Shown: positions 40,580-41,955 of the stretch, one piece after another
How positions within the stretch are numbered: position 1 is the stretch's first letter
Layout of the letters: each line of letters opens with the position of its first letter
NCBI GenBank assembly: GCA_002469845.1
Contig: DKNZ01000043.1
Location: forward strand, 6,262-48,216
DNA from: Cellvibrionales bacterium UBA7375
GTDB taxonomy: Bacteria; Pseudomonadota; Gammaproteobacteria; Pseudomonadales; Porticoccaceae
DNA length: 41,955 bases
Direction: 5' to 3'
Translations under genes and position numbers: made by a program
Notes under the pieces: model-generated
Seen by the model: only the letters and a program-made list of their open reading frames with translations
Databases searched by the model: none
What the model was told of the DNA's origin: nothing

Positions 40580-41458
40580 ATGTCAAAAAAACAGCTCCAG
40601 CCCAAGTGCCTTAAATGCGGTACTAAAACTCTCAATCTCTCCAGCCCTGCAATAATGGCGGTGCTGAATATCACACCCGATTCGTTCTCGGATGGAGGCC
40701 AGCTCTTTAGCCAAAAAGAAATAGATATAGACAAGGTATTGCGAACAGTTGAGGCTATGATTGATGAGAGTGCCGATATTATTGACCTAGGGGGTGAATC
40801 CACCCGCCCAGGCGCGACCCCAATAACAGTTCAGCAGGAACTTGACCGCGTAATACCGGTCTTAGAGTTGCTATCTAAAAGATTTGATACAATTTTTTCT
40901 GTGGATACAAGCTCCCCAGAAGTGATGCTTGAAGCTGATAAGGCAGGTGCTCATTTGATTAATGACGTGAGAGCCCTTAGACGCGAAGGCGCATTGGATG
41001 CGGCTTTGGAAACAGGCTTGCCAGTTTGCCTAATGCATATGCAGAATGGTCCAAAATCAATGCAACATAATCCTCAATATCAAAATGTTGTCAGTGATGT
41101 AATCAACTTTTTAGACCGACGAAAATTACAATGTATAGCGGCAGGAATTCCCAGCGATCAAATACTATTAGATCCTGGATTTGGTTTTGGTAAAACCCTC
41201 GACCACAATTTGGCGTTGTTTTCAGGGTTAACCCAACTGGCAGAGCAAAACCATCCTATAGTGGTAGGTTTATCTAGAAAATCCATGATTGGCCAAATCC
41301 TTGATGCAGAAGTAAATGATAGATTAATTGGAAGTGTTACAATGGCGCTTTTATCGACACAAAAAATCTTTTCGGTCGGAGGCTCTGTGATTTTGAGAGT
41401 TCACGATGTAAAAGAAACTAAGCAGGCTCTAGATGTTTGGCATGCAACAGAAAAATAA
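40580..41458 (+). CDS. folP: Dihydropteroate synthase
   Basis: LNITPDSFSDGG, GGESTRPG, INDV, DPGFGFGK, SRKS and RVHDV. Confidence 0.97.
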   Translation: MSKKQLQPKCLKCGTKTLNLSSPAIMAVLNITPDSFSDGGQLFSQKEIDIDKVLRTVEAMIDESADIIDLGGESTRPGATPITVQQELDRVIPVLELLSKRFDTIFSVDTSSPEVMLEADKAGAHLINDVRALRREGALDAALETGLPVCLMHMQNGPKSMQHNPQYQNVVSDVINFLDRRKLQCIAAGIPSDQILLDPGFGFGKTLDHNLALFSGLTQLAEQNHPIVVGLSRKSMIGQILDAEVNDRLIGSVTMALLSTQKIFSVGGSVILRVHDVKETKQALDVWHATEK

Positions 41459-41473
41459 GGTTTTGGGTAACCC

Positions 41474-41955
41474 ATGAAACGCAAATATTTTGGAACAGAC
41501 GGTATTCGAGGTAGGGTTGGAGAAGACCCTATAACCGCCGATTTTATTCTTAAATTAGGTTGGGCAGCCGGCAAGGTTCTGACTAAATATGCAGAGGGTA
41601 AAAAAAATCGGGTAATTATTGGTAAGGATACAAGAGTATCTGGTTATATGTTCGAATCTGCACTTGAGGCAGGGCTAATTGCTGCAGGTGTAGATGTAGA
41701 CTTGCTGGGGCCAATGCCAACTCCGGCTATTGCCTACCTAACCAGAACTTTCCGCGCCGCAGCGGGAATTGTTATTAGTGCTTCCCACAATCCCGTAGAA
41801 GACAACGGTATAAAATTTTTCGCCGCGGATGGTTATAAACTACCCGATGAAATTGAGCTTGAGATAGAAGCCCTAATTGCTCAGCCGTTGATAACCAATG
41901 GCTCAAATAGTCTGGGTAAGGCGCGACGTATTCATGATGCATCGGGTCGTTATGT
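41474..41955 (+). CDS. glmM: Phosphoglucosamine mutase (5' part, runs off the window; absent from the ORF track)
   Basis: Hand translation: [13 protein letters not shown]...[15 protein letters not shown]...ISASHNP..DNGIKFF; follows folP. Confidence 0.96.
   Translation, partial: MKRKYFGTDGIRGRVGEDPITADFILKLGWAAGKVLTKYAEGKKNRVIIGKDTRVSGYMFESALEAGLIAAGVDVDLLGPMPTPAIAYLTRTFRAAAGIVISASHNPVEDNGIKFFAADGYKLPDEIELEIEALIAQPLITNGSNSLGKARRIHDASGRY

Overview
A gene-dense, roughly 40% GC (estimated by eye) core-genome window from a gammaproteobacterium; gene order and protein style suggest a marine Cellvibrionales-type organism such as Porticoccaceae/SAR92 (inference only). From about 8.4 to 37.5 kb it follows the conserved Pseudomonas-like block gatBAC / mreBCD-maf-rng-yhdP-nit / yjgA-mgtE-npr-rapZ-ptsN-hpf-rpoN-lptBAC-kdsCD-yrbG / mlaC-ibaG-murA-hisGDC / algW. 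This is followed by yhbY / rlmE-ftsH-folP-glmM (glmM truncated by the window end). The first 8.3 kb is a more variable set of genes: saccharopine-dehydrogenase-like protein, GST, ABC exporter, bactofilin plus a methyltransferase-like partner, SDR, renalase-like flavoprotein, a DUF2256 gene missed by the ORF track, DoxX, a CX5R phosphatase-fold protein and a PA4642-family protein. I found no rRNA, tRNA, CRISPR array, transposase, integrase, phage or defence genes, and no clear-cut new multi-gene system. The best leads are: (1) a bactofilin plus degenerate methyltransferase-fold gene pair; (2) an orphan mlaC with mlaFED and mlaB absent from their usual places; (3) a probable AUU start codon for mreC with a nearby anti-Shine-Dalgarno element; (4) five uncharacterised or redox genes tightly appended to gatCAB; (5) attenuator-like overlapping stems ahead of mgtE; (6) local absence of tldD and pmbA and an altered Zn-link in RNase G. 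All family calls come from motif recognition and synteny, not from database searches.
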